A DNA stretch of 64,000 nt from Hormiphora californensis (GCA_020137815.1 CM035355.1:248001-312000); one strand, 5' to 3'. Positions 11,124 through 34,997 are shown, counted from the first letter of the stretch. Made by a program: numbers and translations. Notes: generated from the sequence alone by a model not told the origin.

Positions 11124-14100
11124 ATGCCCACTCGTGTGGAATTCAAGCCACTTCAACCGGTCACGGTCCGAAACACCGATGACGCAGAGAATGCTCCCGT
11201 TCAGTAAGTCAATGCAGCCACTTTCATCAGAGCTCTTTGAGCAGATTACACGGTCATACATTATTTAATCCTTTCACTTGAGTGATTCTTCTCCTAGTAT
11301 AGAGAAAATAGTTTTTAATGTGATCCCTTTTCCAGGAAGAGGTTATGTGGAGTGACGGCTAAGATTGTTATAATTGCAGTACTAGTGGCTCTGCTGCTAC
11401 TGATAGTCACTGCTATAGTAGTCATTGTAGTGCTAGTATCCCGAGGTGATGGCACCGCAAGCCCAGTATCAGACCCTGAAGAGGTGAGAGGAGGGACGGT
11501 GACACCGCCCCGTCCCACTGAGAAACCTAGTGTGACCCCGACTGAGAGTGTCCAGCCTGCCACTGAGAAGAGTAGTGGTGGTGGTGGTGGAAGTGAGGGT
11601 GAAAGTGAAAGTGAAAGTGAGGGTGAAAGTGATGGTGAAAGTGAGGGTGAGCAGCCTACTAATTGGACAACTGTAGCTCCAAGTGAAAAAAGTGATGAAG
11701 TGAGTGTGTGAAGTGTGTTTCATGTTGGAATTATAAGGGGCTTGGGATTGAATTGAGCCTGATTTTGTCACATACAACCCTGCATTTTCCTTCAAGAGAG
11801 CATTCCATTCCTTCTCTCGATAACTTCCCAAATATACGTTCCTTCGAATTATTTTCATTAAATTTTCCTCCCAGGGCGCAACAGGATCAACCATAACAGT
11901 ACCAGCCTCACTAAGGATAGAGTGTCCAGTAAAAGACCCAGCTAACTGTGTGAAAGCAGGCTGTCTCTATGCCACCAAGGACCTGGATGGCAAAGCTTTA
12001 CCAAGCACTTATCCCAGGTAAGTGGCGGTTTCTCAATTCTCGTAGCTCTAGAAGGGATCCTTTTTAAACTTCTCGTGGAAGTCGGAGAAAGATGCAATCC
12101 CTCTCTAGTACAGACCCCTTCATGATTAGCTTATCGTAAAAAGTGAAACCAACCAATGCAGCAAGCCCTTTTTAAATAAAGAACTAATTTCAGGTGTTTT
12201 TATCCTCAGCCCTCCTTCGCGTTGGCTTCAGGGAGCAGTATCAGCGAGAGTACAACCTCCTATACAACATCTGACTCTTCACTAAACGAAGAGACTGTTA
12301 CTATGGACGACTCAGCGGTTGAGAGTGTCTCAATAACGATAGGAAAGAGTAGCAAAAAGAAGAAGAGAAGGAGAAGGGGTGTGACACCTCCTGCTATTTA
12401 TACCATCGTGTACAACAAAGACTTTGGGTTTCAGGTGAGCTGTCTATTAGAGCATTTCAAGAATTTTAGACTGATATATTATCAGACACTTTTTTCAATT
12501 GGTTTGATTTTGCAAATTGCATACCCCTCTTCTTCCATAAACCGCAACGTACTAACATCTAACATTCCATTTTAGATTACTAGAGATAAGGAGAGAGTGT
12601 TTGCTTTGACTGAGCAGAGGTTTATCAACGTTATGGACCAGTTTGTTAGCATTAGCTTTACCATCCCAAAAAACAGCCGTGCTTTGGGAATGGGAAACTT
12701 CAGTCAATTAAACAAGAAGTTTAACAACTCAAAATATACGGTACGTTTTTTACAGACAAAATTATCAGAAAAAAGGAAGCTATTTTTCATGTTCAGTCAA
12801 CAATTCAAACCCATGCTCCCCTGACAGATGTGGAGTCGGTCTGAGGAAGAGGGAGCTCATCCCTTCGTAATGTTGATAAGCGATAATGGTCTAGCTAGTG
12901 GTATCTTTGTAGACACCTCCTACCCTGTTCAAATGAGTCTGGAGAGTGACTATAGGGTTACAATTGTGGTGGTTAACAACAAGGCTCCTGTTACTATCAA
13001 GTGAGTAAAAAGTTCAACAACGATCTTTTCTTTTGTGAGGAGTTTTCTTAACCCGTGAAAGTAGCAAATAAAAGTTTTAACGGCTGCATTTTCAGGTTGT
13101 TTTTCGGTCCGAAACCTGCAGATGTAGTGAAACAATACTGGGCACTGATTGGCTCTCCTGGTCGGACGTCTTACTACGGTTTGGGCCATTTTGTCGGCAG
13201 TAACAATATGAAGAGCTACGATGATTTGGTTTCCTTCGTCAAAAACCAAACTGACAGTGACATCCCAATTGAAGGTAACCATGGCAACCATTAGGAAACA
13301 ACTTAAATTAATTAAACAATGACTTAATGGCAAATCATATTCCAGGCTCAATCCTACCTCTTTCTCTGAACGATGATTGCCAGCCCTTTACCTACAACAG
13401 CAAACTATCCACCTATCTAAAGACATTGAATGAAAAGGGCAGCAAGATGATCTCTACCATCCCACCTGGCATCACCAAACAATCATCCTCAGGTGAGGTG
13501 TCGTCATAGCAACAATGTCGTAATAGCAACAATGATATTGTAGCAGCAATTCCAACTTATTCGCCTCAGTGAATGAACTTTCCCTCCGTATACCTAAGGT
13601 TTGTCACAGGAGGTGCAATGTACCCAATAATTGATATATTCCCAGGATCTGAGTGGCTCATGTACAAGACTGGTAAGAGTAACAAGGTGCTAATCTACAA
13701 GGACAAGAACAAGACTCAGATGTTGGAGGGTCTTATGAATGACATGGTCATTGTATACCCTGACTTTACCAGCTCCAATGCTTTCTCTTGGTGGTACACC
13801 AATGTCACAGCTAGCGGACTCGGATCAGGGTAAGCCACCAGTCCTTCACCCTTTCTTTCTAAGTTGGTTTGCAAAAACTTGATCTGAGTCGTTCAAGTTT
13901 GAACCACGCGAGTTCACCACAGGGGTTACCCCCTCCACAGATTTCTAAACATCCTATTCACAGGTATGGGTTCCATTTCCACCAGAATACCCCATGGTCA
14001 GGGGTCAACGGGGCAGTTGGAACATGTGAGAAGATATCTGGTGATCTTGATATTGCCAAGGACATCCTACAGGTATGGATTCGATAAATAGTACTTAGTA

Positions 14101-16875
14101 GCATGAATTGAAGGATACGTTTTTCATTAATTTTGGGTACTCCCGGATACTTTTCTCTCTCCGTGACCTTAGTGTCATATCACCGAAGGCTATGTTGGAT
14201 AATTGACAATTCAAATTGAGTCCCTCCCTCACTAACTCGTCTAATTTCCTAGCTGGATAACCTAGAAGCCAACACGCTGTGTCTAAGTTCCTGGTCCAAG
14301 GACGGGCAACAGTTGGAGTTACACAACCAGTTCGCCTTCAGTCAAGTTAAGCAGACAAGATCAACCCTCCTTCCCTACCCCGTCCTGCCCAATCCAGTCC
14401 TGGTGAGTAACTTGCATGACGTACACTGCTAGCTGCCTGCACTGGCGACGCCGACCTAATATGAATCTGAATCACTCTAGTAGTTCAATAGTTTGTAGAC
14501 CTGAGGGTGAAGAGTGTGAGCCTTTTGAGGTCGTTACTTGGGTTTCTATCATGGAACGTTCCATGACATCCATCTTTTCAGGTGAGTGATGCGACCAGTC
14601 CTGGTATTGGCAAATACGCGGGTCATTTCCACGATTCAAGTTCTAACAGTAAGGAGGGTCGTGTAGCAGCTCTTACTGAGATGATCAACTATTCTCTTCT
14701 GGGAATTCCTTTTGTTGGATCAAACCTTTGTACTAAAGGTTTGTTAAAGTTATCAGTTGACAAGAGATATTATCAATTATGTGGCGTATGTGGTAAAGGC
14801 CCTTCCCAATCAATTTTGCGTGTTTTAAAAAACCACTAATATTATTTCCCTAAATTATCAGATGCGATTGACAGCGATGATTGTGTACTCTGGTACTATC
14901 TCTCTGTGGTTTCACCCCTGTGTTGGAGTATCGCCTCGGATACCGCTCATATCTTTGCAGGAGACAGCGATATGAAGAAAGATATCAAAACTATCATTGA
15001 GTTTAGGTGAGATAACGGTTTACTGAGATACAGTCAAACCTCGACATAACCTGTCTGGTAGCGCCGACCCGATCTGAGAATCCCAGTGTCAATTCTCAGT
15101 GAGAATCAAAACAGGGGCGGCACCAGACAGGATATACTGGACTCCTCAAATCTCCATACAGTGGTAAAATATGCTTCCAGCTTGTTTTAAACTCGTTTCT
15201 ACCTCCCAGACAGCAGCTACTACCCTACCATTATGACGCACAGTACAAAGCAGCGGTAAATTCAGAACCCCCTCTACGACCTCTAGAGTTTGATAACCCT
15301 ACTGATAGCAAGGCTGCCCTGTATACCGATCAAGTACTATTTGGGGATACCATCCTGTATTCACCACGTGTTAGAGAAGGTACATGTTCTACGTGTCTGA
15401 ATTATTCGCCAATATTTCAAACGTATCTTTTACAGCCTGAATTATTTCAAATGTATCTTTTACAGTCTGAATTATTTCAAGTTCGAAAGAAGTGCTAGAA
15501 TATTCGGAATACTAGTCATAATGACCGATATTATTATCATTCTAAACCGATTTATAATCTAATGACATAATTTGCTGTCATAAATAAACATATATCATCA
15601 GGATACGTACTTAAAGGAAATATAAGAAACTTTATGAGGGCCCCCAGACTAAAAGTGAGCCCCTTCTAACCCTCTTCCTCTCTCTACAGATGAAGACAGT
15701 AGGGTCACCTATTTACCCAGTGGCTACTGGTGTGCCTTCTCCAACGGGAACTGCTACAGTGGCCCTAAAGAGGTGGAAACAGCCAGTGGAAACGAGCCAA
15801 GCAGCTTTGTTTTCATGAAAGGTGGAAATGTACTCCTCACACAAGGCTCAGCCGCTACCACAACTTTAGCACGAAAAGAGAAGGTAAGTTTTTATTTTTT
15901 CGTAAAAGCTTTAAAAATAAACACTAAAAACACACACATGAATCATAATGAAATCTGTTGATCTCTAAGCCGTGCAAGTCCCTCTATGTCTAACACCGTA
16001 TAGTTCATGGATGAGCTAGTCCTGCTCTCCTGAGACAAGATTCCCTGCATGTGATTCTGTTGCTCTATCAGCCTCCGTCTGACTATATTGGGCACCTCGT
16101 TCCTTCTCCTTCTCAGTTCGGTGTCCTGGAACATGCCTATCAGCCTGTGTATTATCCCTCCCTTGCCTTTACTGACTTTCCTTCTGTACCTGGGAAGTAG
16201 ACGGAGACTCATGGTTAATTGTGATAACTGTGTTCAGTGATGTACTGTAGAATGTTTTACTGCCCGATCTTGGCAAGATGCCCATCCCTACCTGCGGATA
16301 AGAAAAGTAACAAGAACAACAGCCAGTGTTGCCATCCCAAGGAAAGCCAGGAAACCCGTAACGCCCCGTTTGAAGCTGTCGTCTATTGGCGGTGTTACAT
16401 ATGGGACCCATGGGGTAGAAGTGGAGGGAGATACCGGGATAGTGATATTGATGGGAGATAGTTGAGTGAAGGTTGGTAACATCTCTTCTGCAGCACTCTG
16501 GATGAGAGTTGGTAGTTGGAGGAACAATACAAGATACAGAAACTACAATTGAGATACAGTTGGGAAATGGTGCTATCCAAGGGTCTGAACTAGACAATCT
16601 AAAAAATACTTTTAGGGAACTGGTGAAATTAGCACAGACAAGTCTAAAAGCATGGCAATTATTTACATGGCCTCAAGATAACTGCTACTTGTTGGCCGTA
16701 ACAAACTGTTTTCCCAGAATTAATAGAAACACTTGAAAGTTCCGACACACAGAAACTACTCTACACTAATTATAGGCTATAGATACTGAGGACATTACGT
16801 GTCCTACATACCTCGCCAAAGAGACAAGCGTGTGCGTCATAAGAGTGAAGGGAGATGTTGGGTACTGGTGGGAAG

Positions 16876-16912
<37 letters not shown>

Positions 16913-18069
16913 CAGAGAACAAGCAACGATAATGCTACTCTTAGTAGACTCAGTCTCACAGGGTTTAGCGTGTGTATCTTTCAAGGGGAATGAATGATTA
17001 CTCATTACGAAGTAAAGGCAGAGAGGATGCAGAAATTATAAAAACAGGAAGGAGTGTTTAACAATATTCAGCTGTGATACTAATCTATAGTTTGAGAAGT
17101 TAGAGACAGCTCTATAGATGTAATTAATTATTATAGCACTAAGTGCAGCATGATAGTCCACGTATATTATATGAGCATTATTAATACGCCACATGTTAGT
17201 ACACTACTAAACTAATTCATTTTGGAGGTGATTGAAGGATGAAACTCAGTTAGGTCATAATTCAGCACTGTCAGTACCGTCAGAGCCATGATCATCATTT
17301 CGGAGCGCGTGAGAACAGCGGCCAGAGCACTGACAGCTCCAGTGTAAAATCTAGTATTCTAAAGAAGATACACCTGTCTGGCAGGAGCCTATTTCATCGT
17401 TTGGATCTTTATTCATCCAATATCGCAATTATCACACCAGCTGGCAGCTTCGAAACCAAATCAAACTAATTTGCTAATGGTTATCCCAATATTAGCTAAA
17501 TAACCGTTATCCCTCAGTTCGGTTTGATTGTGATAGTTGACAAGGAGGGGACAGCTAACAGCACCCGGTTCTTTGATGACGGCCAGTCAGCTAACAGTGT
17601 CTCACAGGGATACTACACGCTGATCAACTATGCTGTAGCCAATGAGACGATGACAGTATCATTTGAGAAGAATGGCTACAAGGATGAGTAAGTACAACTT
17701 GAATTAATTAACTTAACTAAGTAAGTTAATTAACTAATTAAGTAAGTTTTCTAAGTTATAGTAACCCTAAGCAGCACAGTGTGTCGTTCAATCCCAATGA
17801 TTCTCGAATGATTTGTTCAAATTCTCATCTAACTTGTCCCTCCCTCCTCAGCCTGATGAGTATCAAATACGGCAGCATTCACATCTACGGGTTTACCAGT
17901 AAAGTCTCTGACGTGAAGGTAGTCCGCAGTGGGTCTACAGACAAGGAGACAGTGAAAAGTAGCTGCTTAGTTAGCAGATGATGGTGTGACATATAAACTG
18001 GTTATCAGAGAGAATAGTGTTGATATTGCACTGAAAGAGGAATTCAATATGTCTTGGACAGCGGGTTGA
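11124..18069 (+). CDS. Type II membrane GH31 alpha-glucosidase-like protein (SI/MGAM/GAA family), probably catalytically inactive; ~17 exons
   Basis: Exon 1 (11124-11203) splices in phase to 11336-11699, which encodes a TM anchor (IVIIAVLVALLLLIVTAIVVIVVLV) and a S/T/E-rich stalk. Next come a trefoil-like RIEC..C..AGC..PRCFYP segment and GH31 motifs: FFGPKPADVVKQYWALIGSP, VYPDFTSSNAFSWW, PGIGKYAGH, YSLLGIPFVG, LLPYHY, PPLRPL, YLPSGYW, FMKGGNVL and FFDDGQS. The last exon has an apparent frameshift at ~17975. Confidence 0.9.
15943..16482 (-). CDS. Nested intronic gene: ~145-aa single-pass membrane protein of unknown function
   Basis: Exons 16482-16292 and 16189-15943 are joined by a 102-bp phase-2 intron (CAG|gtagg...cttcccag|G). 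The product has a P/S/T-rich ectodomain with NIT, a TM segment, RRYRRK, and a tail with NYTVL. Confidence 0.7.
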
Positions 18070-18315
18070 GATGATAATAATTATCTCTTAATTATTGGGT
18101 TCATTTTCTACGTTGTGTATATAATCAAGGTCTGCAGAGTCCATGGATGGTGTTTTGGCACAGAGACTGATAACGAACAATTAATTGTATTTAAGTTTTA
18201 ATAACTGTTTCTTGAAATTGCTGTTTGCTGTATTTGACTGTTTGAACTTTTCAAATAAACATGTTCATCGTTCATTCTTGTTTTGTCCTGGAAACTACAA
18301 GGGATAGAATATATA

Positions 18316-19712
18316 CCGTAAGTTGGGGTAACTTTGTACCACTTTTTAGCGTTCTCCTAAAATAACTCCTTGCCAGAACCACACTCGAAAATTTTTGAAC
18401 CAAATAATCCCGTTCCAGACCTAGTACACCAGATATAACTAGTGAAATTTTTGGTCCCCTCTCATTTAATTACATTAATTAACCTGTATTTTAGTGTAGG
18501 TGGGGTTTTAGGGCATGGGGTAACTTTGGAATGAGGGTGGGGTAACTTTGGACACCCGTCCAAAGTTACCCCACGATAGTAATATTGAAACAAACATAAA
18601 TCCGAACATTTTGCAATGATAAATAAATGAACCTAAAATGTTTAAATGGGGTCAATAAATTAAAAAAGAACAATAAGGTAAGCCAAACGCCCCATGATTT
18701 CAAAAAAAATTGTTGATGTCGACTCAATTTTTTTTGGGTGTGAGGAATGATGAAACTAGCCACCAAATAAAATTTCAGCTCAATCAGACTTGATTTAAGG
18801 TTGCCACATCCGGCATGAAACCCATCAAACTTCAGTAATTTGGGGTCCCTTATCCATCCTGTAGTTTGGTAGATGGTATTGGCCCTCTAGGCGAGTGTGT
18901 TAGTTCTTTTTGCTGAATTGGATAGACAGGAAGTGGTCTATTTATGGGTACTGGCTAAATAAACGAGTTTTGGTACCTGTGCTCCTGCATAGATTGTCTA
19001 CAAGAACTAGAACACTCGCCTAGAGATCCAATACCATCTAAAAAGCTACAAGATGGATGAGGAACACCAAATTATTTGAAGTTTCATGGGCTTCAGGCCG
19101 GATTTCTGTGATTTAGCTCCATAAAATAGTCCAAATCCTAGTTTTTTCACTAACCTATCGAATAGATGGATGGAAATGGGCGTGGAGTGGGCTGAATATC
19201 GGTTATATGGCCCTAAACAATTCAGAGAGGGTCTAAGGCAACTCTACAGACATCAAAAGTTCAAAACCTATAGTGTGGGGTAACTTTGGCACCCCGTCCA
19301 AAGTTACCCCAAAATTCAAAAAATGGTGGGGTAACATTAGCCACCCCTATTAGCCTCAATTAAAGTAATTGATCGGGTTTGAAAAATGGTGCCCCGAGTT
19401 ATTTGATCGAAACCCTTCCACTCTATGGAGCAAACTTGATTCGGTCATTAGCCCGGTCAAATCTATGGTACCCATTTTGATTTGAACATTTTTAGCGATT
19501 TTGACATCAATTATGTTTGCCCCTAATTAGGAGCTAATTAGCATAGAATTGAAAAAAATAATTGTATCGTTAGTTAGACATTTGTGGGTCAATTACTTGT
19601 ACACCCGAAAATTATGCCAAATCTGTCGTTATCGGTTGGTAATTTTGGACTAAAGCCAAATTTTGAAAGTGTCCAAAGTTACCCTGCAAAACAAAGTTAC
19701 CCCAGATTACGG
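18316..19712. mobile_element. Non-autonomous Tc1/mariner-superfamily (pogo/Tc2-like) element
   Basis: TA|ccgtaagttggggtaactttg ... caaagttaccccagattacgg|TA. The motif ggggtaactttgg recurs internally and there is an internal inverted repeat at ~18820-19105. No transposase ORF. Confidence 0.85.
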
Positions 19713-20351
19713 TATTGTTACGAGAAAATCGACCCTACTCTTTCTTTTCAAAAAGGCTATACAGGTTTAGATCGTGAAAGTGGCACTTTCACTCGATCTT
19801 TGCACCACTTGTAGTCTGTATATGATACATTGATAAGGAGCAACTCAGCTACAACTTTACACACAGTGTGCAGAGAGGGGGTCACGTGTCATGCTTGTTG
19901 CCAAGCATTCACAACAGCGTTCAACACGCAAACTCCACTTCTCTTTTCTTCTTGTTTCTTGATTTTGCTCTTTCTCTGCATCTTATGACCGTAGTACACT
20001 GGGCCTACCCTTTGAAACTGCATAAATTTGATCAGTTGCTAAAAAATTGATAATAATAGCTTGTTTTTGGACACTTTTGAAAAGTAAGGACTGATTTGCG
20101 GTTCCACTGTCATAGGTTTTCTTCCGCCCATTGTTATTTCTTGGTAGTACCCACCTGTTACCTTCTGATTCCTCCTACGTACTTAAATTTTACATGCATT
20201 TATCCCGGTCAACACATGAATGAGAATTCCCTTTAATTTCTAGTTTTTTCAGACTGCCCAGCACTGAAAACAGCGCCATGAACGGTAGTACAACCGTAAA
20301 AAAATTACTCATTATCCTTCCAATCCTTATAAGAGGGTAGATTAGAACGGT

Positions 20352-20898
20352 ATGGCTGAAGTTGAAAACCCCGTCGATGTGTCCAATGAGCCTGATTACA
20401 AGCGGCTACATGCTTACTCCCTCGTCAGAAATACAGGTATAGTGAGAAATATCTTTTTAACAATCTACTGTTTCCAGTTTGCTAACTCAAACCAAACCAA
20501 ACCAAACCAAACAATCAGGAGACTCAGCTGTGTGTTCAGTCCCTCATTTTGTAGCAGAGATAGATGTTCGAACAAGGCAACTTTGCCCTATGTTATAATT
20601 ATAGCTTGAATTTAATATCCCTAAAAGAAAGACTTAATGCCACACTCGAATTTCAGATATGGATGACGAAATGTTATCAGAGGCTGTAGATACAGCTGTG
20701 ACAGCGTGTGACAAGTTCCCTGAAAATATGGAAGCAGCCGCCCAAATGCTTAAACAGACGATGGACACGAAATTCGGGCCATCCTGGCACGCTGTCATCG
20801 GAGAGGGCTTCGGTTTTGAGATCACGTACGAAGTGAAGAATTTGTTGTATATGTTCCACGCGGGAATGTACTCGATTTGTCTGTGGAAATGCGCTTGA
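20352..20898 (+). CDS. DNAL4: Dynein axonemal light chain 4; exons 20352-20436 and 20657-20898
   Basis: The spliced product ...DYKRLHAYSLVRNTDMDDEM...TACDKF...KFGPSWHAVIGEGFGFEITYEVKNLLYMF...ICLWKCA matches the DNAL4 pattern. Confidence 0.95.
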
Positions 20899-21960
20899 AA
20901 ACCTTTGATTAGAGTGATCTTATTTGTTTGGAACTGAGTATCGAATTTTAATGTGAAACGAACACGTAACATTTGTAATTCAGATTTGTGTTTTCCATTT
21001 GGAGTTTTATACACAAGTTATATAGTATTTAAAGTACATGGTACCCGAGCTTCCGCCTTTCATGGAATAGACCGTTGTGGTTCCGGATGTGGCAAGTGGA
21101 GTTTCAACTTTCATTGGACAAGGGGTCCAAAATTCGGCGATGACGATCTGGGTGTTTACAACTGTGCTGTATGTGAGATATCTCCGGGTCATGATAAGAT
21201 AGAGACTTCAAACTTAGAGGTCAGAAAGAACTTGAAATATTCTTCCTGACCTCAAAATTTGAAGTCTCTATCTTATCAGGGGGTGGAGCTGTGACATGTT
21301 ATGAAAAAAGGGGCGGTTTTTGAAAAAAGTGTGACAACTTTTTGAAAAATCAGATCACACGATATAATTTTAAATCTCCGCGCGGCGCAGGCGTTCAAAA
21401 TATTACGCAGCATTCGGATCGCGCGCGCCGCGGCCGTTCGAATCGTAAATTTAATAAAAATGTTTTTGGCTCGTTTCTCTTTTCACTTTTTTCACTTAAA
21501 TTTTGCTTATTTCGCACATCTTTGGAAAGCGCTGCCTTATCCCGCGTGGGCCAGCAGCGTTTGCCAACGTACATCTCATCATTCTTCATCCTTGGCATGT
21601 CCCCTCGGCCCTCGTGTGCGTACCCTCTCGTAAGAGCGACCTGCAGTGTATTCCAAGCAGATTTAAATGTGTTTCTAGTTTTTGAGCTAAAAAGAGCTGA
21701 ATAAGAATTAAGAACAGTCCGTTTTTTCATCAAATTGCATCAGTTCCATTTCAATAATTTGCAGGTGCATTGTATTCTTATGGAGTCAAAAATATTGTCC
21801 CGTCGGCCGTCTTACCGGTTGGTTACCCGGTTGGTTACCCGGTAACCGTTACCGCCTTCAGCAGTCAGATATTGCTTTTACCGTGCCCTGACTGAGTAAT
21901 ACTTTCCATTTCACATTGATCAGATTACGTTCAACAGATAGTGAGGGGGTGTGATGTGAG

Positions 21961-32417
<10,457 letters not shown>

Positions 32418-32493
32418 CGGAGACTGGGGTTAGGGATTCACTTTTTACATTTGTTTTTTCTTGACGTTATATATATATTATTAACTATGTTTA

Positions 32494-33260
32494 CATATAA
32501 CGGGTGACAACTAAAAATTGTTACTAATTTAAAACAGCTGTAGAATTTTTCCCTTTTGAGATACAGCTTCGGGCCAGTGATAGAACAATTTTTCAGACAA
32601 TTTTGAATCATGATAACATAACGGCGATGACTAAAACGTTCATTCTCATAGCGATATCGGATCATTTCCTCTTGCCCCACCAAAGCATATAGTACGGAGA
32701 TTTGAAATTTCTATGTTATCAGAAACGACCTTCCCGATGAGATAGAATTCTCATAATTGGAAGTCTGGTTGTTCATGCCATAACCAACATAACTGCCAAG
32801 TTTGAAGATTTTGGCTGATTAGGAAGTTGGGTTTCCACGGTCATTAATGTTTCGAGAGATGTCGAAATGGCGATTTCTCAAATTACCTGTAAACTACACT
32901 TTGTTACAGAAGATTCTGATCAGGAATTGAGATTTATGAAGTTTGAAGCAAAGTTAATTTCGTTCAAAATTGTCTGAAAAATCATTCTATCACTGTCCCG
33001 AAGCTGTATTTCGACTAGAACAGGCGCTAGAGGTGCTAGAAAAACGTGTAGATTTCACGGACTATATACTTTGGTGGGGCGAGAGGAAATGATCCGATAT
33101 CGCTATGAGAATGAACGTTTTAGTCATCGCCGTTATGTTTTTCTGATTCAAAATTGTCTGAAAAATTGTTCTATCACTGGCCCGAAGCTGTATCTCAAAA
33201 GGGAAAAATTCTACAGCTGTTTTAAATTAGTAACAATTTTTAGTTGTCACCCGTTATATG
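32494..33260. mobile_element. MITE with ~200-bp TIRs just downstream of the AGFG1 stop codon
   Basis: catataacgggtgacaactaaaa ... ttttagttgtcacccgttatatg. It produces mirror ORFs in the track (32438- and 33071+). The TSD is ambiguous, possibly atgtt. Confidence 0.85.
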
Positions 33261-33694
33261 CAATGTTTGACTGTGGGTTGTGTAGAATTTAGAACTGTTC
33301 TGGGTAGGAGAATGTTAACTATGTTTTGGATCATATAGTTGTACTAAAAACTGTGCTAAGTATACTGAACTATAGAAATGCGATTTAAATTTAGCCCATT
33401 TTTTGTTAGTTTCACTGAGAAAAGTTTGTGAAAGAAAGTTATCAAAGAGCATTCTTCTTTTTTCAATTTTTGCTATTTGCATTTCAGGATTGAAAAAGTT
33501 CTTGTTATAGGTGGTGTCCGTATATGATATTCCTGTTTATATTTATCCTGCTCTCTGTTTTTGTCAATTCCGGTTTATTGTCCCCTGAACCTTTGAGTTT
33601 TTAATTTTTGAGCGGTTTAGCTCCCCAAACGACAATCATGACCCCTTGGCATTTGCTTTGTGAGAAACAGTTGCTCTAACTGCCACTGCTGGAG

Positions 33695-34594
33695 CGGGGG
33701 GGGGGGGTTCAGGATTAAGTGGTCGGACGTATATGCCTAAAAATTGCTTAAATGGTCAAAATCCAAAAAAAGTTATGGCGAAAATGGTGAAAAATTAGAG
33801 AAAATGTGGGGATCTGAACTACTTCAGATCACAGATTGAGAGAGGGGTGAGGGGAGTATTCATTATGGCGTTAGGGGAGTGAATAGAGGGTGAGATGGAG
33901 TAAATAGGGGCGATATGATTCAATAGGGGCCGAGGGGAGTAAGATGGCCCAGTGGGGGATAAGAGGGGTGAGGACTGAGAGGAGTCAACAGGGGGAAGGG
34001 GGCGTGGAGTATGATCTCGCGACTGGAGGTGCCGCGCGAAGCGGCGCCCTAGGGAGCAAAGTAGGCATGCGCCAGGGATCGGGATTGAGAGGAGTCAATA
34101 GGGTGTGAGAGTTTTTTGTTCTTTTGCCTGGGCTCTCTAGTATGCCTAAAAATTGCTTAAATGGTCAAAATCCAAAAGGACCCCCCCCCCCCCCCCCACC
34201 CCCTAAAATTGACCACTTAATCAGTTTCTTTTAGTAGTCAAACCCCAAATAGACCCCTAAACCCCCAAAATTTACTGAAAACTAGCTTTTTTGCCCAAAA
34301 ATTGCAAAATTTAGGCTGTTTCCTGGGAACAAAACCAGAAAATTTCCAGAAAAAAAATTCGCGTGCAAGAAAATTGAAATTTGAATTTTGAAAATTGAAA
34401 ATTTTTCAGGTCCACCTCGAAGAATCTCAATTTTACCGAAAATTGACGAAAATTGGCCGAAAATTGACCAAACTAGTCCAAAAAATGACCATTTAGCGAA
34501 AAACACTAAGTGGTAATTTTGAAAAAACACCCACCCCCTTAAGTGGCATATACGTCCGAACCATTTATCCTTAACCCCCCCCCCCCCCCCCCCG
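33695..34594. mobile_element. Non-autonomous TIR element with poly-G/poly-C termini and a 7-bp TSD
   Basis: cG(n)ttcaggattaagtggtcggacgtatatgcc ... ggcatatacgtccgaaccatttatccttaaC(n)g, flanked by gctggag at 33688-33694 and 34595-34601. Confidence 0.75.
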
Positions 34595-34997
34595 GCTGGA
34601 GTACTTTAGTGCCGTACCGCCAATTGGCGTCTCAAAACAGATCGCTGATAATGATATGCCATGGCAGTAGTGGGAGACACTAGCGTGGTACGCGCGCCAC
34701 ACCAATTTCGTTTTGGCCCATAACTCCTGTTCCTGATGAGATAAAGACTTCAAACTGGCGCCATTCGATGGGCAATGAAATTCCCTATCCAAAGGTACGC
34801 AAACAATTTCTGTAGCTCATCAGGAACCCGAGATATGATCGATTATGATAATTGGTGTGGCACGCATTTTTTTGCGCGTACCACGCTAGTGTCTCCCGAC
34901 TCCCACTACAGCTCGTTGGTAATTTAGGCCAATGCTCTGACTTGGTGACATAGACACCGTGCGCGACCAAGATTGAGCTCACACACAGGTGTCTGCT

